Position numbers and translations under genes: made by a program. The notes beneath the pieces were generated by a model, which was given only the letters and a program-made list of their open reading frames with translations, was not told the origin of the DNA and did not search any database. A stretch of 61,804 nucleotides of DNA, counting the filler, from Globobulimina sp. (taxonomy: Eukaryota), in NCBI GenBank assembly GCA_003354225.1. It is 24 parts of 24 records of this genome, joined end to end, with 100 filler letters (N's around TTAATTAATTAA, not from the genome) between each part and the next. Parts side by side here need not be neighbours in the genome. Positions count along the whole stretch, not along the records: positions 10,325 to 12,804 come from PIVH01006430.1; positions 12,905 to 15,384 come from PIVH01006431.1; positions 15,485 to 17,964 come from PIVH01006432.1; positions 18,065 to 20,544 come from PIVH01006433.1; positions 20,645 to 23,124 come from PIVH01006434.1; positions 23,225 to 25,704 come from PIVH01006435.1; 18 more parts are not named here. One strand, written 5' to 3'. Every line of letters begins with the position of its first letter. The first letter of the stretch is position 1. This document shows positions 10,325 through 23,578 of the stretch, piece by piece.

Positions 10325-11778
10325 ATCACCAGAATACGAATCATTACTTTTCCCACCACACGCTTGAATAATATTACTTTTGTTATCAACATTCATCTCA
10401 AAACTGTCACATTTTATGAATATTGATCCACCACTTCCACCGCCTGAGTATGATTGTAGACCAAGATCTCCGTTTGCAAAAATCTGACCACGATTTTCAA
10501 AATGAGCGCATTCAATTTTCAAGGCACCACCACCATTACCACCCTTGGCATCACCATGGCCTCCACCACCACTTCCTAAGTGTAAAATATTTATTTTTGG
10601 ATCACCACCATTATCAAATGACCGACGTGAATATGTGTTTGTTTTGCCAGCAGTGCCGTATCCACCACCTCCTCCCTCACAACCATGACCTCCACCTCCA
10701 CCACCACCCAAATTATGTTGACCTTGGCTCAGTGAAGGTTTATTGTAAGATTCTCCTGTAAAGCCACCTTTCCCTCCACAATATCCTTTGCCATTTAATT
10801 CAATTTTACCATTTTCCATAATAAGTACATTGCCCAATGATTTAATCAACAGCATTCCTCCAACTTTGTGTTGTGGATTCCAGCTATTTACTGTCAACAT
10901 GCCGTGTGGTGAAATAATTACTTTGCTAAAAATATACTGATGATTTGAATCCAATATTTTTGTTTCATGCTCAGATACAATTAGTTCATTTTCAGATTTT
11001 TCATCATTTTCATTTTCATCAATTTCATGTTCTTGTTTCTGTGATTCACACCTTATACACTGTAGGTTCTATGCACAGAAATTATGATATGTAAACAAAT
11101 AAAATTAAAAAAAAAACATACAAGAAAACTTTCAAAAAACGCATCAATACTTTTACCATTCACGCCAATATTCATAGTATATGTAAGATCATCTTTTTTT
11201 TTAATTTCACCAACTTCTCTTTGTATATTTTTCATTGCCAGCACTAATTTATTTTTTCTATCTGCTTTTGTTAATTTATCATCACAAAAATAACTTTCAT
11301 AGTCGTTGTAAATCTAAACACATCAAACGTGAATGTTGAGCAATAATATTAACACACACAGATATTAACAAATATGCACTCATAACTTTTGCAACCACTT
11401 TGGAAGATTCTTGCAGCACTTCATTGCGTTTCTGTACTTTATTTAAGAGTGAAACTCATTTAATCCATGGATATTTTGACATTTTTGAGAAGATTTGCGA
11501 TATCTATTAATTGAGGAATAACTGTCTGGATAATGATACATTGGGCCATGAATCCACACTGAATGCGGCAATAAGCCATTCTCATGGATCCCTAATACAG
11601 TCTCATGCATTACGTTCATTTTTTGATGCTGATCCAATACGGCCCAATAAATTACATTCAAAATCAAATGAATTATCCATAATGTAATTAAATCCAATGA
11701 AATATCTTTGGAAATGCTTATAAATTTGTGTGTCTTGTTTGAAATTCTTTAAATTGTATAAACTCTTTTGTTGCCATG
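10325..11778 (-). CDS. Glycine-rich repeat domain protein, multi-exon, 3'-partial, apparent frameshift near the 5' end
   Basis: GKIELNGKGYCGG, GGGGGYGTAG, LGSGGGG..GGNGGGALKI, GGGSGGSIFI. Upstream ORF pieces 11053-11244 and 11443-11697 are probable exons; exon structure is uncertain. Confidence 0.55.
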
Positions 11779-11918
11779 ATATTTGTTCATTTCTTAAAGA
11801 TTTTGCACAGCAAACAACTAAAAAAACTCACTACTCCTTTCTTCTCGTTACATTTCGTTTTTGAATATAAAGAAATCAAAATTCGTTTGATTTTATTAGC
11901 ATTTTATCAAGAAATCAA

Positions 11919-12545
11919 ATGCAGCCATCACCAATCCCTCCAACTCAACCATTGTTACCAGTTAATGGACATATTCATCAACAACATATAAAACCCATCG
12001 CTCCTCAACCACATGGAATGCAACCATATGGAATGCAATCACATGGAATGCGACCATATGCACTCACTCCTAAAATACCACATCAACATACTCCATCACA
12101 GTATTCATATCCAAATAGTGGCTACGAATCTGGATATGAAGCAGGTACAAAAATTGGTTTCCAATCTGGATTCCAAACTGGATTTGAATCAGGTTATGAT
12201 GCGGCAACCAAGAAACTTACGGCGCCTGCAACTTTACCCATTTTTGCGCCAACGCCAACACCAAAGCAAGCCATGAATAATATTTATATGGATGATATTG
12301 ATGATAATAAAAGTGTTTCTGTTGTTGTTTGTCAATCAACGCCGACAGAGACAGATTTATCCACATTGGCTGGTCATATACCGCCATCAATCCAAGCTGC
12401 AACAAACACAGCAGCAACTACGACAAATTCAGGCACAGCCACGCCAGTAACAGCAGATATTAAATCATTAAAACGCGTGGGTTTATTGGCAAAGGAAGCG
12501 GAGGTTTGCTATAATAAATATATTAAAAAAAACGTTAACTTTTAA
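11919..12545 (+). CDS. Pro/Gln/Thr-rich low-complexity hypothetical protein (probably spliced onward)
   Basis: 208-aa ORF with internal HGMQ/YGMQ and GY/FESG repeats. Confidence 0.5.
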   Translation: MQPSPIPPTQPLLPVNGHIHQQHIKPIAPQPHGMQPYGMQSHGMRPYALTPKIPHQHTPSQYSYPNSGYESGYEAGTKIGFQSGFQTGFESGYDAATKKLTAPATLPIFAPTPTPKQAMNNIYMDDIDDNKSVSVVVCQSTPTETDLSTLAGHIPPSIQAATNTAATTTNSGTATPVTADIKSLKRVGLLAKEAEVCYNKYIKKNVNF

Positions 12546-12971
12546 TTTTTTAGTGTCTGAAAAAATTTGCATCGATATTTAAGTTTGTAATGATGCAAAT
12601 AATAAAAGATCTGACTTAAAAATATTCTGACACTGAAAAATTGACTGACTGTGATATTTGCAAACGTTTTTTTTCATGATATCTGAACGATTGATTTGCA
12701 TATTTGTCAATACACTGCAAACCAATCAAAACCAACAAAATAATATAAAAATATTTTAAAAAAATAAAAAAAAACAGGATGTTTTGTTTATTGTCATGGA
12801 CAGGNNNNNNNNNNNNNNNNNNNNNNNNNNNNNNNNNNNNNNNNNNNNTTAATTAATTAANNNNNNNNNNNNNNNNNNNNNNNNNNNNNNNNNNNNNNNN
12901 NNNNAAACGGTATACAGTATCCAATGATAAATTAACACAAAGAGAGAAAAAAAAAATACAAAAAAAAAATA

Positions 12972-14818
12972 TCAATCCACCGATTTTTGTGGCACCACAG
13001 GCGAACAGCTGCAAAATGACGGCGTCATCAAATCGACGAAGCGATCCCACGACGTTTGCCCCGAAGTAACAAATTGTTTTACATCGTCACTCGACAACAA
13101 ATGTTGTTCAATTTCCTTCAATTTTTTCTTTTTTTTGAGCAGTTTTTTCTTATATTTATGATGGTTTGGCTCCATATTCACCGCATTATTCTTACTGTTC
13201 ACATCACCGACATGGATCAAAGAATTGTCAGTGTGGAGCGACTGCATCGAATTCATAGAATGCAACTCATCGTTAAGTGTATAATGCGCATCATCGAAAT
13301 TGGAGGAATTCAGACTTGAATGTGGCGTCAATCCGTGATGTCGCTGTGTATGGCCATGGCCGCTGTGGCTTTTCTGCAGTGATAAGTTCTGATTGGTGGC
13401 GGCGTTAATCACTGTATTGGGCAACATGGGCGTATTGATGGTGGAGGCGGAGCTGACGCGTCTTAATATGGTCTGAGCAGAGGGGAATTGCGCCATTGTG
13501 GGCGTGGAAGGACTGTTCAATTCGTTGCTATGCATACGGACAAAGCTGCGTTGCTGCTCAAAGGCCATCTGTTGCTGTTCCTGAATCATTGCGACCTGGA
13601 AACACATTCATTTTTGTATTGCGTTTGTACAGTGGTACAACATGAAAATGGTGGAACAGTACCTGAGCAGCGACTTGTTGGTGTAACAGCTTGTTTTGAA
13701 GCATTAGCTTATCATTTTGGACCAAGATATGTTTCATTTTATCTTCAATACAGATGGCAGTGTTCAATTTGTCGTGTTCTAATTCGATTAATTTGATCTC
13801 ATATTCGGTCTCGAATTGGTCACGAATTTGGTCTTCGGTGATTTGAAGCGATTCTTCATTGTCATCCTGAATCACCGTGATAGCGTCTTGGAATTGACGC
13901 GAAATCCTGTCAAAAATGTGGATTTTTCTTTAAAATCCAGTTTCAAACTGAAAGATTGTGTTTTCATTCAGTTTGAAACTTGAAAATAGGTCAAAATTGA
14001 GTTTCAAACTGATATATAATGCGATACCTTCGCTGTTTTTTATACTTTTTCTTCATAGAAACGAAACGCGAATATAAGTGATTGTTTTCATTTGCGTTCG
14101 TAAGGTCTGTCTCATCCGAGGACGGACTGGATGGCCATTGATTTTTTTGTATATTTTTCTGTAAATTTGATTCGGAGTAAGAGCGCGTATGAATCTTTGG
14201 AGCACTTTTAGGCAGTGACAAATTGCAATTATTTATCACCAATTTATCATCATAGTTATCATCGGATTCATTGATGTGATTAGGGAGTCGCAGGAAAACA
14301 TTGTCAGACTGTGTTCTTGGTCGCGTTCGAGTGATATCTCGCGATTTGGATTTGCGCAGTTTCATTTTCTTGGTTTTACCACCATGCGGCGCTTGCGGTG
14401 CATCGAATGGTTTGACTCCATTTTCTTTTGGTTTCTCTTTTTCTTCATTGGAGGACAAATAATCATCGGTCTCTGTGTCAAATTCGTCATCGTAGGTATC
14501 TGAATTGGAGGCAATCACTTCATTTTCTGTATAATTTCGAAAGATTTGCGCAGCTTTTTTGTGGTTTTTGCTGTTTTTTGTATGGTGATTGTTTGGTTTA
14601 TTATCATTTGTATGTTTGGTGTTTGTTTTTAATGCATTGGAGATTTCGTCATCGGATATGGTGTTTGAGCGTGAATGGAATGACGGTTTAACGCCAAGAT
14701 TGAAATTTGTCTCGAATGTGGCTATGGTGCTGGGCGGCGGCGTCATTTGTAAATTGCGTACTGCTTCATTGAAATTCATAGGGATTGTGTTGTGTTGGCG
14801 GGATGTAAATGTACACAA
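12972..14818 (-). CDS. Low-complexity/coiled-coil hypothetical protein, about 3 exons
   Basis: Three consecutive minus-strand ORFs separated by short intron-like gaps with GT/AG ends. Confidence 0.5.
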
Positions 14819-15767
14819 AATCGTTTTGCAACTGCTCGATTAATTTAATTTAATTTAATATTAGTCTTGCTTATTTTTATTAGTTTGGTGGTTGTGGCGG
14901 TTGTATATGGTAGAAAGTGTGAACGTTTATATTCGGTTTGTGTTGGATTGTCTGTGATTTGAGGATGAACATAAACTCGAAGTTTTCACTACAGATAGCA
15001 TTATAACTAGTTAACCAGTATAATACAATATATCCTGTATACTAACGATTATTGTGTTTTTGAAATACCTGTCAGAAAAAACGGAGGCCAACTGTTTACC
15101 GAAACAGGAAAGGGGGCCCAATAAGTATTTTACGCACAATGTTGACATTATAGAAGAATACAAATATTTACCCAAAAAACGCAGTAAATAGTACTTTATT
15201 ACCCACCTGTTGAGTACGCACGTTTGAATGGAAAGCAAACCAAATGGATGTAGCTTCGAATCCTACGGTGATGGCATGGATCTGGATATGGATTATATGG
15301 ATATTATTTTATTATTTAATTAATATGGAGCCTCTGCTATGACACGCATGCTCCGCAAATGCAGTATATATCAAACTGCCCGTGNNNNNNNNNNNNNNNN
15401 NNNNNNNNNNNNNNNNNNNNNNNNNNNNTTAATTAATTAANNNNNNNNNNNNNNNNNNNNNNNNNNNNNNNNNNNNNNNNNNNNGTGTGACCCACACTGA
15501 TATCCACTCGAAAGTATGGATAAAAAATTTTGTCTGATATTTATATTGCGCAATATCATCGGGGTTGATAATAAGAGGGAGTACCGTGTGAGGCCGGAAA
15601 CGGAGCAGCAAAAATCACCTATCACCATTCCGCTTAAGTGCCGATTAAATCGCATTCTACTTTATTACTATAATCAATATGTGCTTTCTTATCAAATCTT
15701 CTCTACGCATATCTTCTTTTTTTGTTGTCAATCGGGATGTTTTCTAATTTATCGATATAAAATCTTA

Positions 15768-16606
15768 TCAAGTTTGATTTTCTGCGTTAAAAAAGCATAT
15801 TTGCCCTGTTTTGGCAGATATGAAAAAATAAAAAACAAATGCAACAGTACCAATCAGTAAACTGCGCAATATTGAATTCAAATGTCCTTTACCTACATTT
15901 GAATCATCATTGTCATTTAAGCATTTTTCCAATGTATAATAAATTCCTGTGTTGCTGTTACATCCTTCATAAATACTCTCTCCTTCATAGCCATCCCTAG
16001 CAATACATTGCGTTCCTAACCATGTGCGTGTAAATAGAGCATTATTTGTATGGCGGCCACCACAGTACCACGCCACTGCAGTTTTATCATCATATACATG
16101 ATTACAAACATTTGTTACAATGCTTATTTCTTTGTAATCAGCTGTGGCAAAATTAGGATTTGTAGCGCATGTTTTATCGGATAATGTATAATGACGCAAT
16201 GTGGCACCACAATTCTTTGTCCCTTCACAATACCACGTATATCCTTTAGCTATTTATAGAATAGACATGCAACACGGGCTGCTGTACATATATATATATA
16301 TATATAATATGATAACATACGATATAAAATATCCATATCGACTTCAGTTCCGACACCAACACATGTTTCTGAACCATACCAAAATGTTAATGTTTTCTTG
16401 GAACAGTTAAATACGTAGCTTTCAACTGCCATATTTGTTCGTTGTTGCAAACAATTTCCAGGTGCATGGTAATATGTAGGTGTATTATGTAACCACAATT
16501 TATTGCAATCGGTGGAATCATCGGCAAAGATTACAGCCGATAGAAACGAGAGGATGACAAAGTTTTTCAAGAAGTTCATAGTAGGGTTGCTAGTGGGACG
16601 CATCAA
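15768..16606 (-). CDS. Cys-rich secreted/surface protein with signal peptide and C-terminal hydrophobic segment; one intron
   Basis: MNFLKNFVILSFLSAVIFA signal; spaced cysteines; C-terminal SLLIGTVAFVFYFFI. Confidence 0.55.
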
Positions 16607-16809
16607 AAAAAGATAAATTTAAAAAATATAAATATTATTTAACAGATATATAAAAATATAACATAGATTGTGTCATTGTGTCACCTCCTTTTTGATAGCT
16701 CTCCGTTACGATAACATATCTAACAAAAGCAAACCATAAAAAGGAACAATTAAACACAATTACGACAGAATAAAAAAGCAGATTTAAAGTTTTTAATCAT
16801 GCAAATAAA

Positions 16810-17958
16810 TTACACAAAATTCGTATTATCAACAATTTTTTTTATATTTTGCAAACTGATTCGATGCTCCTCATAACATAATATCGCATCTAATAATTTA
16901 ATTACATGCAAGTCAACAAAAGCTAAACAATCCCAATATTTCAATACGTCCACCACTGAGTTGCTTATCACAAACATGAATATGCGATCAGTCTCAGCAG
17001 CACAGTCCCACGGCACACCGCCGACACTCATTAAAAATAAACACATTCCAAGACCAAATATATCATTTTTTTTAGCATTAAATCTTTTTTTTTTACCTAC
17101 AACTTCTGGTGATTTATATTGATTTTTCCCACACCATTTATTGCAACTAAAATCGTCAGATTTTACAAACAATTTTGCCAAACCAAAGTCACATAATTTT
17201 ATCTTAATATCGTCAGTCACAAAGCGAATATTCGGCGCATTGTCGCCATGTTCCTCCACCATAACATTCACATCGTTGATAAGGAAATTCTCCAAAGAAA
17301 TGTCAAAATGACACACGTTTTTAGAATGAATATAATCAATACATTGCACCATTTGTTTAAATATTATTTTGCATGTTTTTAGCCAATGTCGCGGGCAAAT
17401 ATGTCCACTCGCGATCAGTGCGTGAGCTTTGAGGACAAAGTCAAATAAACAGTTCCCACCGTCTTCCTGCAACAAATAAAAATCAGTGTTGGTTTGGAAA
17501 AACCGTTGAAATTTAACAATGGAATCTGGACAGTCAGACTGCACCGTTAAGTATTTCATAATATGTTGTTCCGATAATATGCTTTCCTGGACAGCAACTG
17601 TTCGACTTCGACCGTCAAAAATTGCAGCTGCAGCTGGCTGTGCGTGTAATTGCTGTCTGCTTACTTTTAAAATTGATGTATTTTTGTTTTTCGATATTCT
17701 CCATATGCTTCCTTGCAAACTGTGCGATATTTTGTGGCAAGATCTGTAACCGATTTTTTTGGCCACACGCTCAATTTCTGCTTCATCTTTGAATTCATCC
17801 GTTACAAAACACATGTCAGTGGTTGACTGTGTTGGTGAAATGGAGTTTTGTAATTTTGGGTTGATTGGATAACTATTCATATTTATTACATAGTTTTTTT
17901 TAAACGCAAACAGTCTGATCATGTCAACCCGGTATCCCTTGGTATTGCTTGTGGTCAT
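16810..17958 (-). CDS. Ser/Thr protein kinase (divergent CAMK-like)
   Basis: ILK lysine, HFDISLENFL catalytic loop, DFG, CGKNQYKSPEV, DIFGLG. Confidence 0.92.
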   Translation of the reverse strand: MTTSNTKGYRVDMIRLFAFKKNYVINMNSYPINPKLQNSISPTQSTTDMCFVTDEFKDEAEIERVAKKIGYRSCHKISHSLQGSIWRISKNKNTSILKVSRQQLHAQPAAAAIFDGRSRTVAVQESILSEQHIMKYLTVQSDCPDSIVKFQRFFQTNTDFYLLQEDGGNCLFDFVLKAHALIASGHICPRHWLKTCKIIFKQMVQCIDYIHSKNVCHFDISLENFLINDVNVMVEEHGDNAPNIRFVTDDIKIKLCDFGLAKLFVKSDDFSCNKWCGKNQYKSPEVVGKKKRFNAKKNDIFGLGMCLFLMSVGGVPWDCAAETDRIFMFVISNSVVDVLKYWDCLAFVDLHVIKLLDAILCYEEHRISLQNIKKIVDNTNFV

Positions 17959-18070
17959 GTACTTNNNNNNNNNNNNNNNNNNNNNNNNNNNNNNNNNNNN
18001 NNNNNNNNTTAATTAATTAANNNNNNNNNNNNNNNNNNNNNNNNNNNNNNNNNNNNNNNNNNNNTTAAAG

Positions 18071-19063
18071 ATGGAGCAGTTCCAATGGTTCGCTGGCATA
18101 TTTCTGGCATTCACTTTAGTATTTCTCACCAGTTTATACTTGAAATACAGCAAAAAATTAAGAAAAAGAGATATGGAAGAAAGTGGATGTCCAGTTCATG
18201 GCAATAATGAGAACTTGCACAGTGAGCATGCTATTGATAACTTATCCAAATTATTGGACATTGAAACAGATAATGAGACAGTTATTAATCAGGCATTTGA
18301 AATAGCATTGGAAATTTTAAAAGTATTACCAAAAAATGTTGTCATACCAAGCGAAAAACAATTGGAATTGTATGGATTATTTAAACAAGCAAATATTGGA
18401 AATATTAATAAATCCGAACCATCAAAATTATATTATGCACAATACGCAAAATGGACATCGTGGAATAAGCACAAAGGAAAAACCAAATTAGTGGCAAAAA
18501 AGGAATATTTTCAATTTGTTTATAATCAAATTATAAAAGCATTCAATTTAAATGCAAAATTGTTGCTATCCTCAACCTCATCAGATAATAAACAACAAAC
18601 TCGAGGTGGGATGTCGATGAATTTTGCAGTAAACAGTAAAATCGGACAATTTGAATTTGATCAGGAATTACATGGCGATCCCAATGAATTATTCAATACA
18701 TTCGATTTAACCAAAGATATAAATCAAATCGATGAAATAAATGAATATATTTTACAGAATAAAATCAATATAAATAAACAAAACGAGAATGGAACCACAT
18801 TTTTGAATTTTGCAGTGGATAATAATAAATATGAGTTGTCACAGCTATTAATCAATAAATTCAATGCAAATGTTAATTTATCGGATGATATGGGATATAC
18901 AGCGTTGCATTGTGCCGCTATGAATGGAGATAAAGCCATTATTAAATTATTACTTGACAATGGCGCTGATATTAATGCAAAATCAAATGACGATAATGAA
19001 ACGCCTGCAGATTTAGCGGAATCTATTGAGATAAAACAATTATTATCAACTGGTACTGACTGA
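18071..19063 (+). CDS. Acyl-CoA-binding protein with N-terminal TM and ankyrin repeats (ACBD6-like)
   Basis: QLELYGLFKQANIG..N...P..AKWTSW (ACBP); GYTALHCAAMNGDKAIIKLLLDNGADIN (ankyrin). Confidence 0.9.
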   Translation: MEQFQWFAGIFLAFTLVFLTSLYLKYSKKLRKRDMEESGCPVHGNNENLHSEHAIDNLSKLLDIETDNETVINQAFEIALEILKVLPKNVVIPSEKQLELYGLFKQANIGNINKSEPSKLYYAQYAKWTSWNKHKGKTKLVAKKEYFQFVYNQIIKAFNLNAKLLLSSTSSDNKQQTRGGMSMNFAVNSKIGQFEFDQELHGDPNELFNTFDLTKDINQIDEINEYILQNKININKQNENGTTFLNFAVDNNKYELSQLLINKFNANVNLSDDMGYTALHCAAMNGDKAIIKLLLDNGADINAKSNDDNETPADLAESIEIKQLLSTGTD

Positions 19064-19176
19064 ACTGACATTACTGACATCGCTAAAACTGTCTGTAGTC
19101 GCAACTTAATTCAAAAAAAATTTCCCCAAACCAAAGTTTCTAAGAATCTATTATGAGTTTTTTAAAGTTTTCGTAA

Positions 19177-20295
19177 ATGCTTAGAATGGGTTGTGTACAG
19201 TTTCAATTATCTGCAAATAGTGAAACATATACTCCACAGAGAAAAATAACATTCCTTTGTGATGAGTTGACAATTTCCACAGAACATATCTACGGTGGTT
19301 ATTTTCCGTGGTTATCAAAGACTATCCCAAAATTGAAGGAATTGAATTACATGATCGAGAAAGTAGATTGGAGAAACACTAATATTGACTGGAAAACAAA
19401 GACAAATATCATCGTCGGTCCGATATGGAATTATGTTAATCATGTCACAGAATTTGAAGAATGGATAAAAAATATGCTATCTTTACAAGAAACAGACAAA
19501 ATAAATGTGTACAATCACATGAAATTTATTCAATGGAACTATGACAAAAGCTATTTATTGGATTTACAGAATATTGGTAATATTTTGATTCCTGACACAT
19601 TGATAATTGATGATAAACAATTTCTGTCTCAGTCAAACGGAAAAGAAAAAGTATTTGAAATGTTTGATGGTGGCACCGGGACTGGTCTGGTTATCAAAGG
19701 TTTAGTCGATTCAGCTGGACAAACGTTTAAAAGAATTAAATCTAAAAACGAATTGGATGAAAACGTTATCATTGATTTGCTGCAAAGTAATAAAGGTGTG
19801 ATCATACAGCCATTCTACAACGAATACATAAATGAGGGCGAATTATGCTTTTGCTTTTATGCTGGACAGCTTAGTCACAGTTTTATTAGAATAAGTGCAG
19901 CAAATTCGGATAATGTCAATCCAGAGAGTGGGACTAAATGGTTTTATATTAATACCAAACAGAGTGTGAATAGATTGTATGTAAAGGATATTGTTGCAAA
20001 TATTGCAACCTTTCGACAGGATGTTGATCAAAATGTAATTGCAGATAATATTATTAATGCAAATAAACAAATTAGAAACATTTATCAAAATGTATTAAAT
20101 GTGTTGAAAATTAAGAACGTGTTGGATAATGATACTAAATTGTTATCGATCCGTGTTGATGGTTTTATGTTAAATGATGAATTTGTGTTATGTGAAGTTG
20201 AAGGTATTGAGCCGTATATGGCCTTTTTACAATCACCAGATTACGTGGTTGATAATTATGTTGAAGCTATCCACAATGCAGTCAGATACAATTGA
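19177..20295 (+). CDS. ATP-grasp ligase (RimK / glutathione synthetase-like, DcsG-type)
   Basis: VDW..IDW, PIWNY, WNYDKSYLLDL..IPDT, VIK, IIQPF..INEGE, RVD..LCEVEGIEP. Confidence 0.75.
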   Translation: MLRMGCVQFQLSANSETYTPQRKITFLCDELTISTEHIYGGYFPWLSKTIPKLKELNYMIEKVDWRNTNIDWKTKTNIIVGPIWNYVNHVTEFEEWIKNMLSLQETDKINVYNHMKFIQWNYDKSYLLDLQNIGNILIPDTLIIDDKQFLSQSNGKEKVFEMFDGGTGTGLVIKGLVDSAGQTFKRIKSKNELDENVIIDLLQSNKGVIIQPFYNEYINEGELCFCFYAGQLSHSFIRISAANSDNVNPESGTKWFYINTKQSVNRLYVKDIVANIATFRQDVDQNVIADNIINANKQIRNIYQNVLNVLKIKNVLDNDTKLLSIRVDGFMLNDEFVLCEVEGIEPYMAFLQSPDYVVDNYVEAIHNAVRYN

Positions 20296-20644
20296 TACAA
20301 AAACAGTTCCAACACTTTTTTTGTTATTTGTATACCTGTAAATTAAATTAAATTTCGGTTTTATCACATCTGTTTTTGAACAAATACAACACAAATCAAA
20401 TTTTGGTTACCTTTGAAGTATTTTTATTTCAAATTTTTCTATTTTCCCACTTCGTTTTTAAAAAAATAAACCACTTGGGGTGACTGCCCAAAATGACTTA
20501 AGTGATAAGACTGGTGATAACACTGATTTATTTACTATCCTATTNNNNNNNNNNNNNNNNNNNNNNNNNNNNNNNNNNNNNNNNNNNNTTAATTAATTAA
20601 NNNNNNNNNNNNNNNNNNNNNNNNNNNNNNNNNNNNNNNNNNNN

Positions 20645-23124
20645 AGAATGTGAATAACTTATTACATATTTTAAATCGTTATAAATCCAGAAACATTTTA
20701 ATCAATGCGAATAAATCCGATATTAATATCAATAATTTATTGCAGAATATTGGTGAAAATATGTCATTAAATGCGGGTAAATTCGGCGATGTAATCTCCT
20801 GTATCAACATGTCGATGCATAGTAAATTATTATTATTGCTATCTTTAAAACAAATCATTGCCAAAAAGAACTCAAATAATGTCATTCATATTTTTTTGCA
20901 AATCACATCCAATATAAACCTAAACAGACAACAGCAAAATAAACAAATCATGGCCTTAATCTGCAACATCTTTAATTTATGCATTCAGAATATCTCAGCC
21001 ATCAAGCAACAACGCGACATATTTTCAATATTAATCCGGAATTTATCCAAACATAATGCAATAAATGACACCTTATTACAAATGTTCTTTCATCACTATG
21101 GCAAACAGCCATTGCCTGTCATTAAATTGTTATTACCGCATTGCAATAACAACAGTAAATGTTTATATTTATTGTCCGTTTTATTACAGAAACACTCATT
21201 AAATTCGTACAAGAGCGAGATTTATAACATTTTATCAGTGATTTTATTGAATTTAAACAGTGCGAATAAATCGGTTCGCTTTGCCGGTGTGGAATGTGTA
21301 CGCAATTTAAGTGAATACAAAGAGAATAAGTTATTAATCAAATTGATTGCGGAGATCAATGATTTTGCGGCGGATATAATTGAGGACAGACATACTTTGC
21401 ATAGAATATTTTGCTGTTCGTTGCAGGCGGAATCTATCGGAATTATTAAATTGTTATATTCCAATACGGGGCATTCAGATATTATTAATTATCAAATGTT
21501 AAAATTGTTCATTCCAATCATACGCTTAAATTATAAGAAAAATGAGGAAACTGCCGCTGTGAAGAAAGTGTGTTCGAATATATTGAAATATCGCGCATTG
21601 GACAGTAAGTGTTGTGTGGAAATATGTAAATTATTAGAAACGAATTTAATTCCATTCAAATATGTAAATAAATGGATCTCTAAAGCAAACTCCTCCCATT
21701 TTGATATTATACCGTTATTAACCAATAAATATTGGAAAAATTTAAGGTTTGCATCGCAAAAAAAATTGTATACAAATATGGAGAAATTATTTGAAGAAAA
21801 TAATTCCAACTACAAAATCAAAGAAAAAATAGTTGAATTTGTGTTAAAAGTGGAGTTATCCAAGAAAATGATTGAATATTTGTTACAAAAGAATGATAAG
21901 ACAATAATGCTAATGACACGAATACAATTTGTTATATCAAAAATAAATAATAACACCATAAGCAATGCGAATGTCGTTAATCAGACATTAATCCCATTAA
22001 TCATGGCATTGTTAAAAGAGACGCATTTAAAGATAGACAACATACAGATAACAAATAAAAAAATAGAGGTTGATGCTGATGCAGGTGAAGGTAATGGAGG
22101 TTACGATGACGACGACGATGATTTGAATAACGTAGACATTGATGATTTTATTGTGTATGATGATGACAATGACCATAATCAGCGGAATAAAGCGGAATTA
22201 AATGAATTAAAAGAATTAAATTGGTTACGATGTGTTTTATTATCGTTGTTGATAAATATTTTCAGTGCTTTTGGTGATAAATTGATTGGAAACGCCTTTG
22301 ATTGCGACACATTAATAAGTTGTATGCAGTTTGAATGGATATTTAAATCGCAGAATAACTTATTTATCGAATTGGTCTGTTATTTGGGCAAACATTTACC
22401 AAAATTATTATTAAAAATCTACGTTCCATTCATCACATTTCTGAGTAAAACGCCGAATATGAATGCAACTGCAAACAAAATGGACGTTATATTTCTATCA
22501 TTGTTAACGGATTTTTTTAAATCGACAATCGGTGCGATTTCGGCGTTTTTGGATGAAAACGAATTGAAAAATGTCGTCGAATCTTCCATTTTCTTATTTG
22601 ATAAATTTGCAGATAATAAGTTAGAAATAAAATTCATTTCATTGTTAATGTCGTCATTGATAAAAGCACATAAAAACGTGGTTCATTTAACATTTTCTAT
22701 CATGGAGACCAAGAAAGACATTAATTTCTATCAACAAATATTATTCAATGCCAGCAACAATGACATCAAATTACAATTGAATATAATTGCAAATATGATT
22801 GAGAATCAGACCATGCATTACGACCTTTTTTTTTTACGAATCATTTGCAATCATTTAAAACATTCGGATTTTATCTCGAAATTTTCAACGATAATCATTG
22901 CCAACAATGATGTGATCCCAATGGAAATTGACAAGTTAACCGGCCAAATATTTAAACAATTATTCGAGTTCGAACACACTGAGATTATCAATGAGATTTT
23001 GGAGCAAATGGATAGTACCTTAAGTTACGCAAAATCAAAAAAAAAATGGTACAGCAAAGAAGTAAACGAACTGCTCTTTTCGCAACCCTACATTAAACCC
23101 AGCAGCATTGGAAATGTTGTTGAT
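20645..23124 (+). CDS. Large alpha-helical (HEAT/ARM-like) protein, partial at both ends
   Basis: About 830-aa uninterrupted Leu/Ile-rich frame; LNSANKSVRFAGVECVRNL is a HEAT-like motif; identity unresolved. Confidence 0.55.
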
Positions 23125-23578
23125 NNNNNNNNNNNNNNNNNNNNNNNNNNNNNNNNNNNNNNNNNNNNTTAATTAATTAANNNNNNNNNNNNNNNNNNNN
23201 NNNNNNNNNNNNNNNNNNNNNNNNAATGTTATTCATAAAAATATATTCTAGAAACGGTAGAGAGTTGAACTCTACAAATTGCCACTCATTTCACAAACTC
23301 AATCTGACTTCATTCGGGTAAATAATCTGAAAAACAAAGTGTCGGGTGCTTTATTCTCCGATTCGATCGTGTCAGAAACATAGTTCAATTATAAATGAAA
23401 CTGTTTCTGAGAACGATCACCTCCCTGTGTGCCCTGAGTGTGAAAGAGTGTATATTGTATATTAAACGACCTTGTGTAACAAGAAAGATTGTCTTAACAA
23501 CTTCAATATTATGTTATTTATTTATTTATTAATAGATATAGTTTGTATGTTTGTATGTTTGTATGGTTGTGTCAATGA

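Noticed and set aside
18724-19104. Antisense ORFs overlapping real genes (also 30104-30508, 47525-47902, 60468-60776 and others)
   Set aside because: Shadow frames of well-supported genes on the opposite strand
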